Below, in pieces: positions 37,701 through 46,143 of a stretch of 64,000 bases of DNA; within the stretch, counting starts at the first letter, position 1, and every line of letters starts with the position of its first letter. A model generated the notes under the pieces. The model had not been told where the DNA came from. It did not search any database and was given only the letters and a program-made list of their open reading frames with translations. The position numbers and the translations under genes are program-made. The stretch comes from Owenia fusiformis (taxonomy: Eukaryota). The DNA is taken from contig CAIIXF020000001.1 of the NCBI GenBank assembly GCA_903813345.2, forward strand, positions 23,498,001 to 23,562,000. The letters are read 5' to 3'.

Positions 37701-39023
37701 GGTTTGAGAATGCCCCATTGGGATCACTGGCACCAATGTATATAAAGAAAGCATTGCATTTCAATCTTCCCAATAACCCTAGAATTCCCGTTGTGTTGAT
37801 TGCAACTGGCTCTGGCATTGCACCGTTCAGAAGCTTCTGGCAAAAGAGGGTGGCAATGATGAAAGGTGAGACTTTTGGAATCACGATCAAACAAATTCAG
37901 AGTTGTATTGTTTTCAGGATTTAAGACTCAAAAATTGTATTATGATTAAAACCACGTGTGTCTTGTATGGAGACTTTAAATGAGGGTAGAAGCCCAAGAC
38001 AAGCGTGCAATATCTGGTACCCAGAAAGATCTATATAGATCAGATATGACGTTTGTTTAAGATTTCGGAATATTACATTTTCTGTCATAGAATCAGACTA
38101 TGCATTTTCTGATAAACAATGTATTTTAAATTGACAGGTATTGACCGGACTGCATTCACGTCGGATATGACTCTGTTTTATGGATGTAGGACTGAAGCAG
38201 ACGACATGCTATATATGAACGAAATCAACAAAGCTGTAGAACATGGTGCGATGGTTCCTCCACTCATTGCATACTCTAGAGACCATAGCAAGCCCAAGGT
38301 GAGATCAGTGTTGAATGAAGATTACAAAATTCAATTTCAAATAATTCTAAACCAGAAATGAATATTATGAATATTGTATAATAGGTATTACCAGTTGGCC
38401 GATCCACTGTGAAACTCTTCAGGTAAAGGAGTATATGTCTCTGATTATATTATTCTTCGATGAAATGATTTGCAGAACCATGTGCAAGATTTGATAAAGA
38501 AAAACGCCAAACTGTTCTTCCAAAAACTGATAAAGCAGAACGGCCACGTATTTGTATGTGGGAATATACAAATGGCCCTCTCGGTAAAGGAAACTATTAT
38601 TGGTGCTTTGTCGGAAGCAGGTGGTATGTCAATTGCTGAGGCGGCAGAGCATACGTCCAAGATGAAGGTAGGAGACCGCAGATTTAACACTTGGTAGACC
38701 AATGTAATACGACATAGAAATCTATGAAATAGAAATAACTTTGTGATATAATGTGTTACATTCTTATAGTCTTTACAATGAATCAATAATATTATTACTC
38801 TCAGAAACCCCGGGCCAGAAACACAAATGAAAATACCATTTTATTCCAGAAGTCCGATCGGTATCATGAGGACCTTTTCGGTATATCTGCGTGGAAAAGT
38901 TCACCATCTAGCCGAGTGAACTCAGCCCAGAGAATGAATGGCCTTTCTAACGGACATATCTCCAAACAAAATGGAATGAATGGGCTCAAGAAGACCGTGT
39001 CTTCGAAATCACTGGACAAGTGA
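4236..39023 (+). CDS. NOS: Nitric oxide synthase (oxygenase + CaM-binding + FMN/FAD/NADPH reductase), 21 coding exons, about 1099 aa
   Basis: GT-AG exons with consistent phases: 4236-4355, 13907-14052, 14335-14497, 14665-14756, 18604-18739, 19169-19308, 22039-22210, 22596-22697, 25431-25625, 26150-26250, 33771-33915, 34434-34538, 34721-34960, 35185-35381, 35654-35838, 36086-36228, 37287-37479, 37668-37865, 38138-38298, 38476-38667, 38850-39023 (sum 3300 nt). Motifs: Zn site CKGQRCVGS, heme [79 protein letters not shown]. An in-frame TGA at 4218 lies upstream of the ATG at 4236. Confidence 0.95.
4980..5410 (+). mobile_element. Dispersed non-autonomous repeat (ACAAGGCATTAACATG start, AAGGTCA/TGACCTT modules, short tandem tail), possibly DINE-1/pearl/Helentron-like
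   Basis: Related copies at about 13336-13825 (inverted), 45179-45460, 46699-46815 and 58490-58632 (inverted). Family assignment is tentative. Confidence 0.6.
6225..7185 (-). mobile_element. Decayed Tc1/mariner transposase fragment folded into an inverted repeat
   Basis: Arms at about 6225-6505 and 6886-7185 are inverted copies. The + arm reads [22 protein letters not shown] (mariner-type C-terminus). The loop on the - strand reads ...FVKPGAQI...[23 protein letters not shown], resembling the FQQDGAPAH region, with stops and frameshifts. Confidence 0.6.
7750..7900. repeat. Cluster of short palindromic units (TCACCTGCGG/AATATGCCATATT/CCGCAGGTGA)
   Basis: Several direct and inverted copies; a related unit lies at about 7305-7335. 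Probably subterminal repeats of a DNA transposon. Confidence 0.6.
10810..11425. mobile_element. MITE with about 155-bp TIRs (CACTGGTGATCC...) and an internal hairpin at about 10993-11166
   Basis: 10810-10968 is the reverse complement of about 11270-11425. Confidence 0.85.
12088..12933. mobile_element. MITE with about 90-bp TIRs (CACGCCTAACCATCGACAAG...)
   Basis: 12088-12180 is inverted relative to 12841-12933. TSD unclear. Confidence 0.8.
13336..13825 (-). mobile_element. Inverted copy of the 4980-5410 repeat family, with a terminal hairpin (ATGTCACCAC...GTAGTGACAT)
   Basis: Shares TGTAACAAAT, TTCCAATAACT, TCTGACT..AGATTTGA..TTTGACCT and AAGGTATTTT blocks with 4980-5410 in reverse orientation. 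Confidence 0.6.
17183..17795. mobile_element. Non-autonomous element starting with an about 140-bp hairpin centred on GCCCGAAGGGC (Crypton-like, tentative)
   Basis: ACAAATATTGAATTCTGTG...GTATTCACC-GCAGCCCGAAGGGCGA-GGTGAATAC...CACAGAATTCAATATTTGT. The family label is from recollection of similar invertebrate repeats. Confidence 0.45.
17839..18045 (-). mobile_element. 3' fragment of a non-LTR retrotransposon (L2/CR1-group) ORF2
   Basis: KLEIETGRY...EERKCLMC...ECHYLLEC matches the C-terminal CCHC domain of LINE ORF2 proteins. Confidence 0.75.
22731..23778. mobile_element. TIR DNA element (CTATCACACCAA..CTAGTTCT termini) with an internally duplicated end
   Basis: Left CTATCACACCAACTAGTTCT pairs with right AGAACTAGTTTGGTGTGATAG. 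A second copy of the right end lies at about 23085-23150. CGTTC-rich subterminal repeats. Confidence 0.65.
24166..24803. mobile_element. Tc1/mariner-type MITE with about 250-bp inverted arms and TA TSD
   Basis: TA|CAGGGTGTCCCGAAAGTA...TACTTTCGGGACACCCTG|TA. Confidence 0.9.
26359..27181 (+). repeat. 5' LTR (823 bp)
   Basis: Appears identical to 32578-33400. TATA-like TATAAATA at about 26638, AATAAA at 26642 and 26711, internal GGATTATCA..AACATT tandem units at about 26843-26960. Confidence 0.97.
27187..27204 (+). promoter_or_regulatory. Primer binding site complementary to tRNA-Pro 3' end
   Basis: TGGGGGCTCGTCCGGGAT, the same 18-mer as the MLV PBS(Pro), 5 nt after the 5' LTR. Confidence 0.92.
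27294..32324 (+). CDS. Gag-Pol polyprotein: coiled-coil/SCAN-like capsid, CCHC knuckle, aspartic protease, integrase, reverse transcriptase, RNase H
   Basis: First ATG at 27294. [14 protein letters not shown] (about 28503); LRDTGAS (about 28764); integrase H..GHLG..CRSC and IDCVGP/SDQG/LE; RT MPFG and YIDD (31524-31535); RNase H DAS, EKE, TDH, ADTLSR. Confidence 0.95.
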   Translation: MSFEVETFLEAPSLEEFDDLKKTELLAIAKHVGLSVKSSYNKGTIKNFVLQYLVAESLLPEEPAQHVEHTDPIRLKELELREKELQNERELREKELEIQKEREIRELREKELQNEKEIRLREQEMQNEKEIRLREQEIQKEVELKRLEFEAQSKTDEHATMHQHFENRFDASKFLKFVPKFQEKNVDKYFTHFEKVAQSLDWPKSAWPVMLQSVFIGKASEIFASLSAEACSDYDLIKNAILKAYELVPEAYRQKFRNAHKQSDQTHVEFAREQEQLFDRWLVSKDVSEEFKKLRELMLIEQFKNCVQYHIRTYLDEHKVETLSQAATLSDDYALTHKGSFIKGNPNSNFRGYHGNKPSYDSKSNQSSPSNTSNKAKDQSNSSQSSSSKSDQSNSSGPKSNVTCNYCKKPGHLISECYRIKNRREMSGSAHSNGCATVPISRKPIVWDSYTHTEKSTHSDIMEDYKPFMSEGSVSLSSDGTNSKPIKILRDTGASQTLLLEGVLPLSEESFTGTHILMQGIELGFTKVPLHRIHITSELVKGPVIVGVRPQLPVEGVALLLGNDLAGGKVSLDPIVSDQPCSTEDSVQEDSDIYPACAVTRAMAKKLANSGDSSVGDDFDSGFLSSLFDDECHSPLVKDDPYPILKANSSLKQPSVQVKQSSIKANSSLKKPIARGDSPSEQDHYFNAVSPALASTDEVSSSSASVHEVSSPPCSEVSSSSSSEVSSSISDSDSLKNDPHSKHMLIYEQEHDPSLIDLHKRCLTIDEADKVPVCFYKKDGILMRKWRPPEASPEDDWAIVHQIVVPKSYHKEILSLAHDSPMAGHLGVTKTYHKILNHFYWPKLKQDVQEYCRSCHTCQMVGKPNQKIPTAPLHPIPAFDEPFSKVLIDCVGPLPKTKSGNQYLLTILCMATRFPEAIPLRNIKAKNIVKSLIKFFTLVGLPKDLQSDQGSNFMSGLFQQVMDTLGIKQCKSSAYHPESQGALERYHQTLKTMIRAFCFEYEKDWDEGIPLLLFATREAKQESLGFSPFELVFGHSVRGPLKLLKEKWLSETEKFNLLNYVTGFKERLSKACEIAKENLLNSQDKMKTWYDRKVKERSFQPGDKVLILLPLQTNPLQAKFYGPYVVDSKVNDLNYIVKTPDRRKETQLCHINMMKRYFEPDKEHDSIKPVVTLAPALVKETDLHDSDDTNCTDLDYEDIKGLSRLKNSEVLSNLDHKLHHVTNDQKQQVTKLIHEFTDIFSDVPTKTSIAYHDVEVQDVTPIKQHAYRVNPSKSEDLRAEVNYMLENDIIEKSNSPWSSPAFIVPKSNGGRRLVVNYIKVNRVTKTDSYPIPRIDDCIDKIGTAKYVSKFDLLKGFLGVPLTERAKQVSAFVTPDGLYQFKVMPFGMKNAPATFQRMMNGLLADLKNTGVYIDDVIVYSDTFHEHMCLLRKLFERISLANLTINLAKSEFCKATVEYLGHVVGQGQVKPVSAKVESITQLPAPTNKKELMRSLGMAGFYRKFCPNFSSIALPLTDLLGKNIKYVWSEQCHTAFDKIKAILSEQPVLVAPDFSKPFKIQVDASDVGMGAVLLQEKDGIDHPVCYFSKKFDKHQKNYSTIEKECLALLLSLQHFEVYVSSPVHAVTVFTDHNPLTFLHRMKNKNRRLLRWSLLLSEYNLDIRHIKGKDNLIADTLSRV
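32567..32577 (+). promoter_or_regulatory. Polypurine tract
   Basis: AAGGAGGGAGG immediately before the 3' LTR TG. Confidence 0.85.
32578..33400 (+). repeat. 3' LTR (823 bp)
   Basis: Appears identical to the 5' LTR; followed by the GTTA TSD. Confidence 0.97.
34152..34206. mobile_element. Minimal Tc1-like MITE (TA|CAGGGTGTCAA...TTGACACACTG|TA)
   Basis: TIR pair with TA flanks; same terminal family as 24166-24803. Confidence 0.6.
36471..37172. mobile_element. MITE with 28-bp TIRs starting CACGGTG and 5-bp TSD (ATTAT), Transib-like
   Basis: ATTAT|CACGGTGTTATAGCATGACGGTTACGAC...GTCGTAAGCGTCATGCTATAACACCGTG|ATTAT. Confidence 0.8.
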
Positions 39024-40920
39024 GTTGGCCTTGTTGGGAAACATGCCGGATGAAGTTGTACTCGTTTGAATTGTTACTGTTACTTGCATGTTGTACTCAT
39101 TCACCAAACAATTCAAATTGTAACCGATTATCAGACTCATACCCAAATTTAGTTATCAATAACATTGTTATATTATTTGGACATTTATGTTGTTATTTAA
39201 CGATTGATGTTGTAATTAACCCCGGGTAATTAACTCATTACGGATAGTTTGCCTCATTCTCATATGTATCATATGCACCACAAATTTTATTTTGTTTCTG
39301 ATTGTTCATGTTTATGTTAAATGTGTTCACTTCACAAACATGTTTGACAATATATGGTAAGTGTTATTTATGTAGAAACAGTTTGCTATATGCTGGTTAA
39401 CTGCACTTTCCCCATCATATACAGTATGCATTAATCAGTCCATGACCAATTATGACACAATTATACTTAAAGGAATGCAATTGAATATTTTCATTTCTTC
39501 TAAATTTTAATTCAAAACTAAATAACAGTGAAGCAGTCTTTTACAGTTGGTAGTAACACGTTCATGGAAAAGATTAATGTAAATACAGTTTTATTTGCCA
39601 ATTTATATTTTGAAATGTTGGATACATGTAGCATCTCTCTATTTCAGAGATATATTTCACATTCCAAAAAAGATGCCCCGTATTTCATTGGAGAAACTGG
39701 TATTTTAGCACAAATGATTTAGCCTATTAGGCCCATTGTGGACCACGTGTTTATTCGCTACTAGGTTCCATGAGTTGGCTTTAGGATATATTCCAAATGC
39801 TTGAGAATAGACAAATATAGTTATATTTGTTAATATTAAACTACGTACCAATGCAGTGTAGATGTTTGGTTTCACGTATTCTATAGATACTAGATATCAA
39901 ATCATATTTAGATACGTTTTTAACTTAGCATTGAACCGTCTACACCATGTCGTCTTAGAGACGATCTTAGAGACGGTCTTAGAGTTGGACTTGAGCTTGT
40001 TTCTCAATACTCATACACACCATATATGTTTAGTTTTCATTTTCAGATCAAAAAAGCATCAAAGGTTTCTACTATGCCCTTGGAGTATCTGACAATTCAG
40101 AGGTTAATTTATTTTATGAGCAATACTATAATGACCCCTCCCCCATATAATACAATATAATTATTTTACTTGGATAGATGCATGCAAATTATTTATGATG
40201 ATAAAAAGTCAGTTACTTCCTTACCCTTGTATTGTTACATTTTAAAAAACTACTATTGTTTCTTTACTTTATTTTGTATTAGCATGCATACAAGACATAA
40301 TATATTTTTAAACCAGGGTCTAAGTTCCACGTTTATCCACCTGAAATGTGAAAAGTTAAATATACTATGTATATGCTGGATAAATCCCGTTTGTTCCATA
40401 TGCATAAACCTTCATAAGCACATATTTTGTAGATCATGGTTTAAAATGTATATAAATCTATCATATTTCATCATTAATTCTTTAATGACTCTGAATAATC
40501 CACAAATTCAGGAGCCATTGAAAGATTGAATAAAGCCTGGCTGTTCGATTTTATCATTTTTATGATATTCACTAGAATTTGTTGTAATTTTTGAGTTTTT
40601 GCACAACTTGGGTGAAGATTCTCTAAAATAGCATAGATTGGGATTCCTGAAAAAAGTATAATTCTATAACAGAAAAATCTTGATATTGAATGGCAACTAT
40701 AATTCGGGAATCGTTACCTATGATATTTTAGAGCAACGAACCATTGTTTTACTAACTTTAACATTTGTCCTGTTATTACTAATTTGTGTAATGTTTTTAG
40801 TTATAGATTAATTATTTTATTTGAATGAATGAAAAAGTCATTTGTTAATAAAAAAACATGATTCCTTATCGAGGGTTGCTCATTTTAGAAATCCATCATA
40901 TCAACTTCATTGCGTATCAT

Positions 40921-41256
40921 CTCGGTTACACGATTTTTCGTGCAATTTCGATGTAGTATTTGACATTGGAACCGACCTTCTATTCGCTTAGATTCCGTTT
41001 ACAAGATTTTCTAAAAGTTCTTCATCTCTGGATAAAGGCAACATTTTTGAATTTGTGAAGTTTGTGGAATTCAACGAAGTTTGGCGTATATTGGATTATT
41101 AGTTTTAGGAAGGAAAAAACTGAATTTAGCCTTGCACATTTGAGAAAAATACTATTTCTATGATAAAAAGTCAACTTACTTACGTAACTACGGTTAAAAA
41201 TGGAAAATGTACAAAATGCTACATATACACATAAATAAAACGATCGTGTAACCGAG
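40921..41256. mobile_element. Small TIR element (CTCGGTTACACGAT termini)
   Basis: Perfect 14-bp inverted termini. Confidence 0.6.
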
Positions 41257-41446
41257 TAGCGTTGGTAGAAACATTACCAGAAAGTAACGTCACAGTCACG
41301 ACAGCTGGTTTCGATCTAATGGACGTAGATAGGCATAAGGTAGGCGAGGCAAGTAGAGGCAAGTGCCTCACCATAAATTACACAGAATTGTTTATCTTCA
41401 GACGTTTTTTTCACTAAATTCTGTGAAAATAAATATAGTGAGTCTA

Positions 41447-41621
41447 CAGGGTGAGCCAAAAAATGTAAAATGACCATAAAATTTTGACTTTTTGGAAAAG
41501 ACCAATAATAGAGTGAAAGAACATTGGACAAGCTTCAACTGTGCCGAATAAAACTTAAAACTAATACTGGATGACTGGGTGTATTAAGATTTGTTTGGGT
41601 TACCTTTTTTGGCTCATCCTG
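41447..41621. mobile_element. Tc1-like MITE with TA TSD
   Basis: TA|CAGGGTGAGCCAAAAAA...TTTTTTGGCTCATCCTG|TA. Confidence 0.75.
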
Positions 41622-42805
41622 TACCTCCTCTATTTATAGCCTATATTATCTCGCCTAGGTTTTTCCTGTCTACCCTTGGAAGTGATATTTATAACTCTTA
41701 AAACGTGCCATCTTCAGAAGTTACTTCAGTTGATCTGTTATGAATGTGTCCTTTTGGGCAAAACATTTTGAACAACCATTTTTTCTTGGGCATTTCAATA
41801 TATATCATTTCAAACTGGATTGCAAATACTAAGAGCAAAAACTAGCTATTTCATCCTCTTGGGAACAACCGGGTAATCCAATGGGTTTGATTTGTAAAGA
41901 CTACTAGTATTCAGCGCGTGATGGTTAACAAAATCTCAATTCAAGTGAAAAAGTTCTCGTTCCAATTTAATCTTATATTGAAAAAATATGACGTGAATGT
42001 GACGAGTGTCTGGAAATGACCTAAAATGACATTCCTCGATAGTTGTATTTGAGATTGGTTGTCTGTGAAGACAACGTTTTAGTTCATCCTAAATTACTAC
42101 TTGGTCTAATTCACTTACAAAAATGACTAAAATATTTTTTCATTAAAAATAATGTGAATCATTATAAATGTAATTTTAGGTCACGTAAATCAAAGATGTG
42201 CACAATGATGTAGAGCTGTCGTTGATTGGTAGCGTATCACCATCAACCGGATGATGGGCGTCCATGAACAACTGCGACAGATGGAGTGACGTATCGCGGA
42301 CATGGAACTTTGGTGGAACCACAGATCTAAGGAATAAAAGAAACATCACTTGTATGAGTTATGAAACACTCAATATGGGAACACTTAAAATCAACAACTG
42401 ACACAGCTATCGCTTGAAGTGCCTCTTGTGGGGTCGGAGGACAAGCAAGTGGTGATTGAGATACTATAGACACACAATTTGATGTGATTATTGCTGCTGA
42501 TTAGAGAATAACACATGCCAACCGTGACATTGCTCTAAACAATAAAACGCTTTAAATATTAAGCAAGAGCTTAAAACAATACACAATACTACAGATAAAA
42601 TATATTTTCGCGTATCTATGAAAATGAATGAATAAATACGAAAATATAGCCTCGAGTCGCTCACAACTTGATGATACAACTTGTATCAATGTACAAATAC
42701 ACACATGCGTGGCATCACTCAATAGTTTGTGCATTATATTCAATATGATATTTTATTTATAAAGATTTTTATCACATACGTTTATTATAGTAATATGTCT
42801 GTATA

Positions 42806-42964
42806 CAGTAAAACCTGTCTTAGTGAACAGCTCCCTCTTGTGAACACCCCTCCCCCGCGCATACTGTACTGACTTCTGTATACATTACCCTCACAGTGAA
42901 CATTTACCAACACTGAACGTTTTCTCTCGGCAAAAATAATGTTCAATATACACAGGTTTTACTG
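42806..42964. mobile_element. pogo/Tigger-like MITE with TA TSD
   Basis: TA|CAGTAAAACCTGT...ACAGGTTTTACTG|TA. Confidence 0.8.
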
Positions 42965-43117
42965 TACCTGGATTAATTTTGGCGTTATCCAATATGGAAC
43001 AGTGAAATTTAATTAAGAATAAATGTATTGTACATAACGTATTTGGCGTATATCTCATGGTTATTGTGTTAGTAATACAATTTCAGTGTGATATTTTCCT
43101 AAAATGAATTATTATAA

Positions 43118-43190
43118 ACATAAATGCATAATTATGTACATAAATGCATAATTTTGTACATAAATGCATAATTATGTACATAAATACATA
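43118..43190. repeat. 20-bp minisatellite (ACATAAATGCATAATTATGT, about 3.5 copies)
   Basis: Read directly from the sequence. Confidence 0.85.
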
Positions 43191-43369
43191 TATACGCAAA
43201 TGCGTGTACATGTTTTTATCAACCGTTCATTAGCTGCATTAACATTGCATATTACATATTTACAAATTTCGCGCCAAAATATTTTTGAAAAGTAGTCAGA
43301 TAATTTATTCTGCTGAATCAACTACAAATTCGATTTTAATTTTGAGATAAGCTCAATATCAGCCATTAT

Positions 43370-43772
43370 CAGGGGATAGAAACGCGTTCAGTATTTTCGT
43401 CTGGAAATACTGGACGCAGACCTTCATTTTTGATCCAGAGAGAGGTAGGTGTAATTTTACTCGATAGCCTGTGATCGTTTTACAGTGTGTTGATTTTCTT
43501 CAGGAAATACACGAATCGAGTTTTATTTCTTCTTATTTACCATTTCCATTTTGAAGGTACGATTTTTCTTTTTTCCTTATTTCAAGAATTGTGTGTTCCT
43601 CAATGTACTGGGAATCTGATGAGCCTGTTTCTAGATAAGGAAACACAGTGAGTAAAACGATCACAGGCTACCGAGTAAAATCACACCTACCTCTCTGGAT
43701 CAAAAATGGAGGTCTGCGTCCAGTATCCCAGTTTGTTCCAGACGAAAATACTGGACGCGTTTCTACCCCCTG
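43370..43772. mobile_element. MITE with about 115-bp TIRs (CAGGGG.TAGAAACGCGT...)
   Basis: 43370-43483 is inverted relative to about 43650-43772. Flanks carry a near-duplication AATATCAG(A)CCATT. Confidence 0.85.
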
Positions 43773-46143
43773 AATATCAGACCATTTCGTATTTAGAGGA
43801 CTACATGTTATTTTATCTAGTTAGACATCAAATCTGTATTGCATCTATTCAGCCAAAACTCTGGAAGAAATGATTTAGCTGTTTTAATATAATCCATGTA
43901 TGTGCATCAATCATTTCAATTTTTGTCTGGAGATGACCCACGTAAATTAAAATACGAGTATTGATTCCATATCATATCTGCTACCTCATTTGCTTTGACG
44001 GAAGATATCGAATATATCCTCTCCCCGTTTCTCATATATGCTATAGCATTCATTTTAGAGTAATATCTTCTCCAAATTCAACTAAGAATTTGATACCATT
44101 TTACTCGATGGGCTAACTTGCTACGCAAGTCTAATTAAAGACGAGGCATTCAGATGCAAAATGACACCACCTGCCATTTGTTACAGACCGCGAACGCGTC
44201 TGTAGTTTATAACTTTATATTCAGGAAATTTTGCCGATTTTTATGATATTTTTTTATTTTAGTAGAGTTTATACCTGTATAAAATCAGTTTATTTTAGTA
44301 ATGTACCTGAATTTTAAGGTTGATGAAATTATTGGAGCTGTAGTGTATAATTCATCATCAAACAAACTTTAATTGAGAATAAACGTCTTGTAAACATAAT
44401 GCAATGGCTTTTATACTATGAACAGTAAGGTTTCAGCTCCATGACAGTGGGATACTATACAGAATTTCTGTGCGTTGAAACTTGGACCACCTCTTTTTAA
44501 CTATAACAGAAACGATATAGTCTAAATATGAAATAATATATTTATTTATAGCAGTCTTAGAATGAATGTATTAATATAATATCTTTTTTATAAAATTGGA
44601 ATTATTTATAATCACGTTTTTATCAAAATAAATATCTGTATATCAAAATATAATTACTGTATCATGTCATGTTATTGAACAAAATTAAAATATATAGTAG
44701 CCATATCCAGGACAGTGTTGTTCTCTTACGATGTACAAGTATCTTTAGTCTGTATGTCTATGGAACAGCTTTCCTCGGTAGTTTTTGCTACATCTTGGAC
44801 ATGAATTAAATTATCTTGTTAATTATCGGTGATTTTAGCGAGTTTTGAATTATTCAACCCCTGTGCAAATATATGTGCCAGAATATATTCCTTGTATCTA
44901 GAAAAATACAATGGTCTTCCTTATCAAGATCATTCATTTCAGTATTATACATTTCTTCATCTAAATCTTAATTGTTATCCTTTAATTTAATTTTTTTTGG
45001 GAGGGGGTAGGAATGGAATAAACAGGACGCATTGGTTCAAACATGAAGAACTTTGACAATACATGGTGACTATTTTGAATTTGGACCATTTTCCAAATCC
45101 CTCAAGAGTTGTTGAACTGTGGCATCATTATTTTAAATATGATAAACGTTGGAAAAGAGCCATGAATGCACACTTAATAACAAGGCATTAACTTGACAAA
45201 ATGTCACCACCTAGTTGCTCACAATATTATAAGTTCAATTATAAGTCAGATTGGAATTTCTGAGAATTTGTAGACGATTTAAAAAAATGAATTGGTCGAT
45301 TTGAAGCAAGTTGAAAAATACCTTTTATTTTTGCCCTGAGAAGGTCATTGAAGGTAGAACCTCAAATCTAAAGTCAGATTGAAGATGATTTTGAAAAAAA
45401 TTGGTCAATTATCTAGGCAAGATGAAAAATACCTTTTTGACCTTGAGAATGTCATTTAAGGTCACTTTTTGGTGGGGTCATAAAAACATAATTTTTAAGA
45501 AATGGCAAAAAGTTACTAAGGCAGGCATTTTTAATTGAAACAATTTCACCAGAACTCAATAAATATTTGTGAATTACTAGCATGTGCCCGCTAAAATGGA
45601 TATAATTGGATGAGACAAACTGCCCTTCCCATTTGTCAGTTTGTCCGATAATCATAGACAACTGACATCTTGTATTACTAACGTCTAGCAAGCCAAAAAT
45701 TGGTGATGAACACTTCATGAGTATCAATTCAAAGCATATAATTAAAATGGTACCATGAATAAATGCCTCAAGCTAAAAATGGTGGCAATTTTGGATTTGA
45801 TAAATTTTTGCGACACAGAATTATCAGGCCTAAAAACTAAATGAAGGAGAGTTTCACAATCCAATTTTAAGTTCATCTACTACATTGTTGCACATTTTGA
45901 GTTAACAGGTGTCCATGCTAGCTTCCCATACATTTAACTTCCTATGAGAAATTAGCAGATCACTCTCAGTTAAAGCTGATTGACATAATTAAAAAAAAAA
46001 TTAATTAATTTATTTGTGCTAGGAGCCTTTTTATTTTTTCCATTTTTTTTCATCCCAAGATGTTACAGGAAATCTGAATGTCCATACTCAGTATGATTGT
46101 GGCATCTTGCTTGATGACTCCTTGTATGGAAAGTTGCAGGAAC

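Noticed and set aside
4236-39023. Bacterial origin (HGT) or pseudogene status of the NOS
   Set aside because: It has 20 GT-AG introns, many at positions typical of animal NOS, a fused reductase, Zn-site cysteines and an open 3300-nt frame.
39528-45727. Short ORFs between NOS and RPLP1
   Set aside because: No recognisable domains, AT-rich composition, no consistent splice structure, and several overlap repeats.
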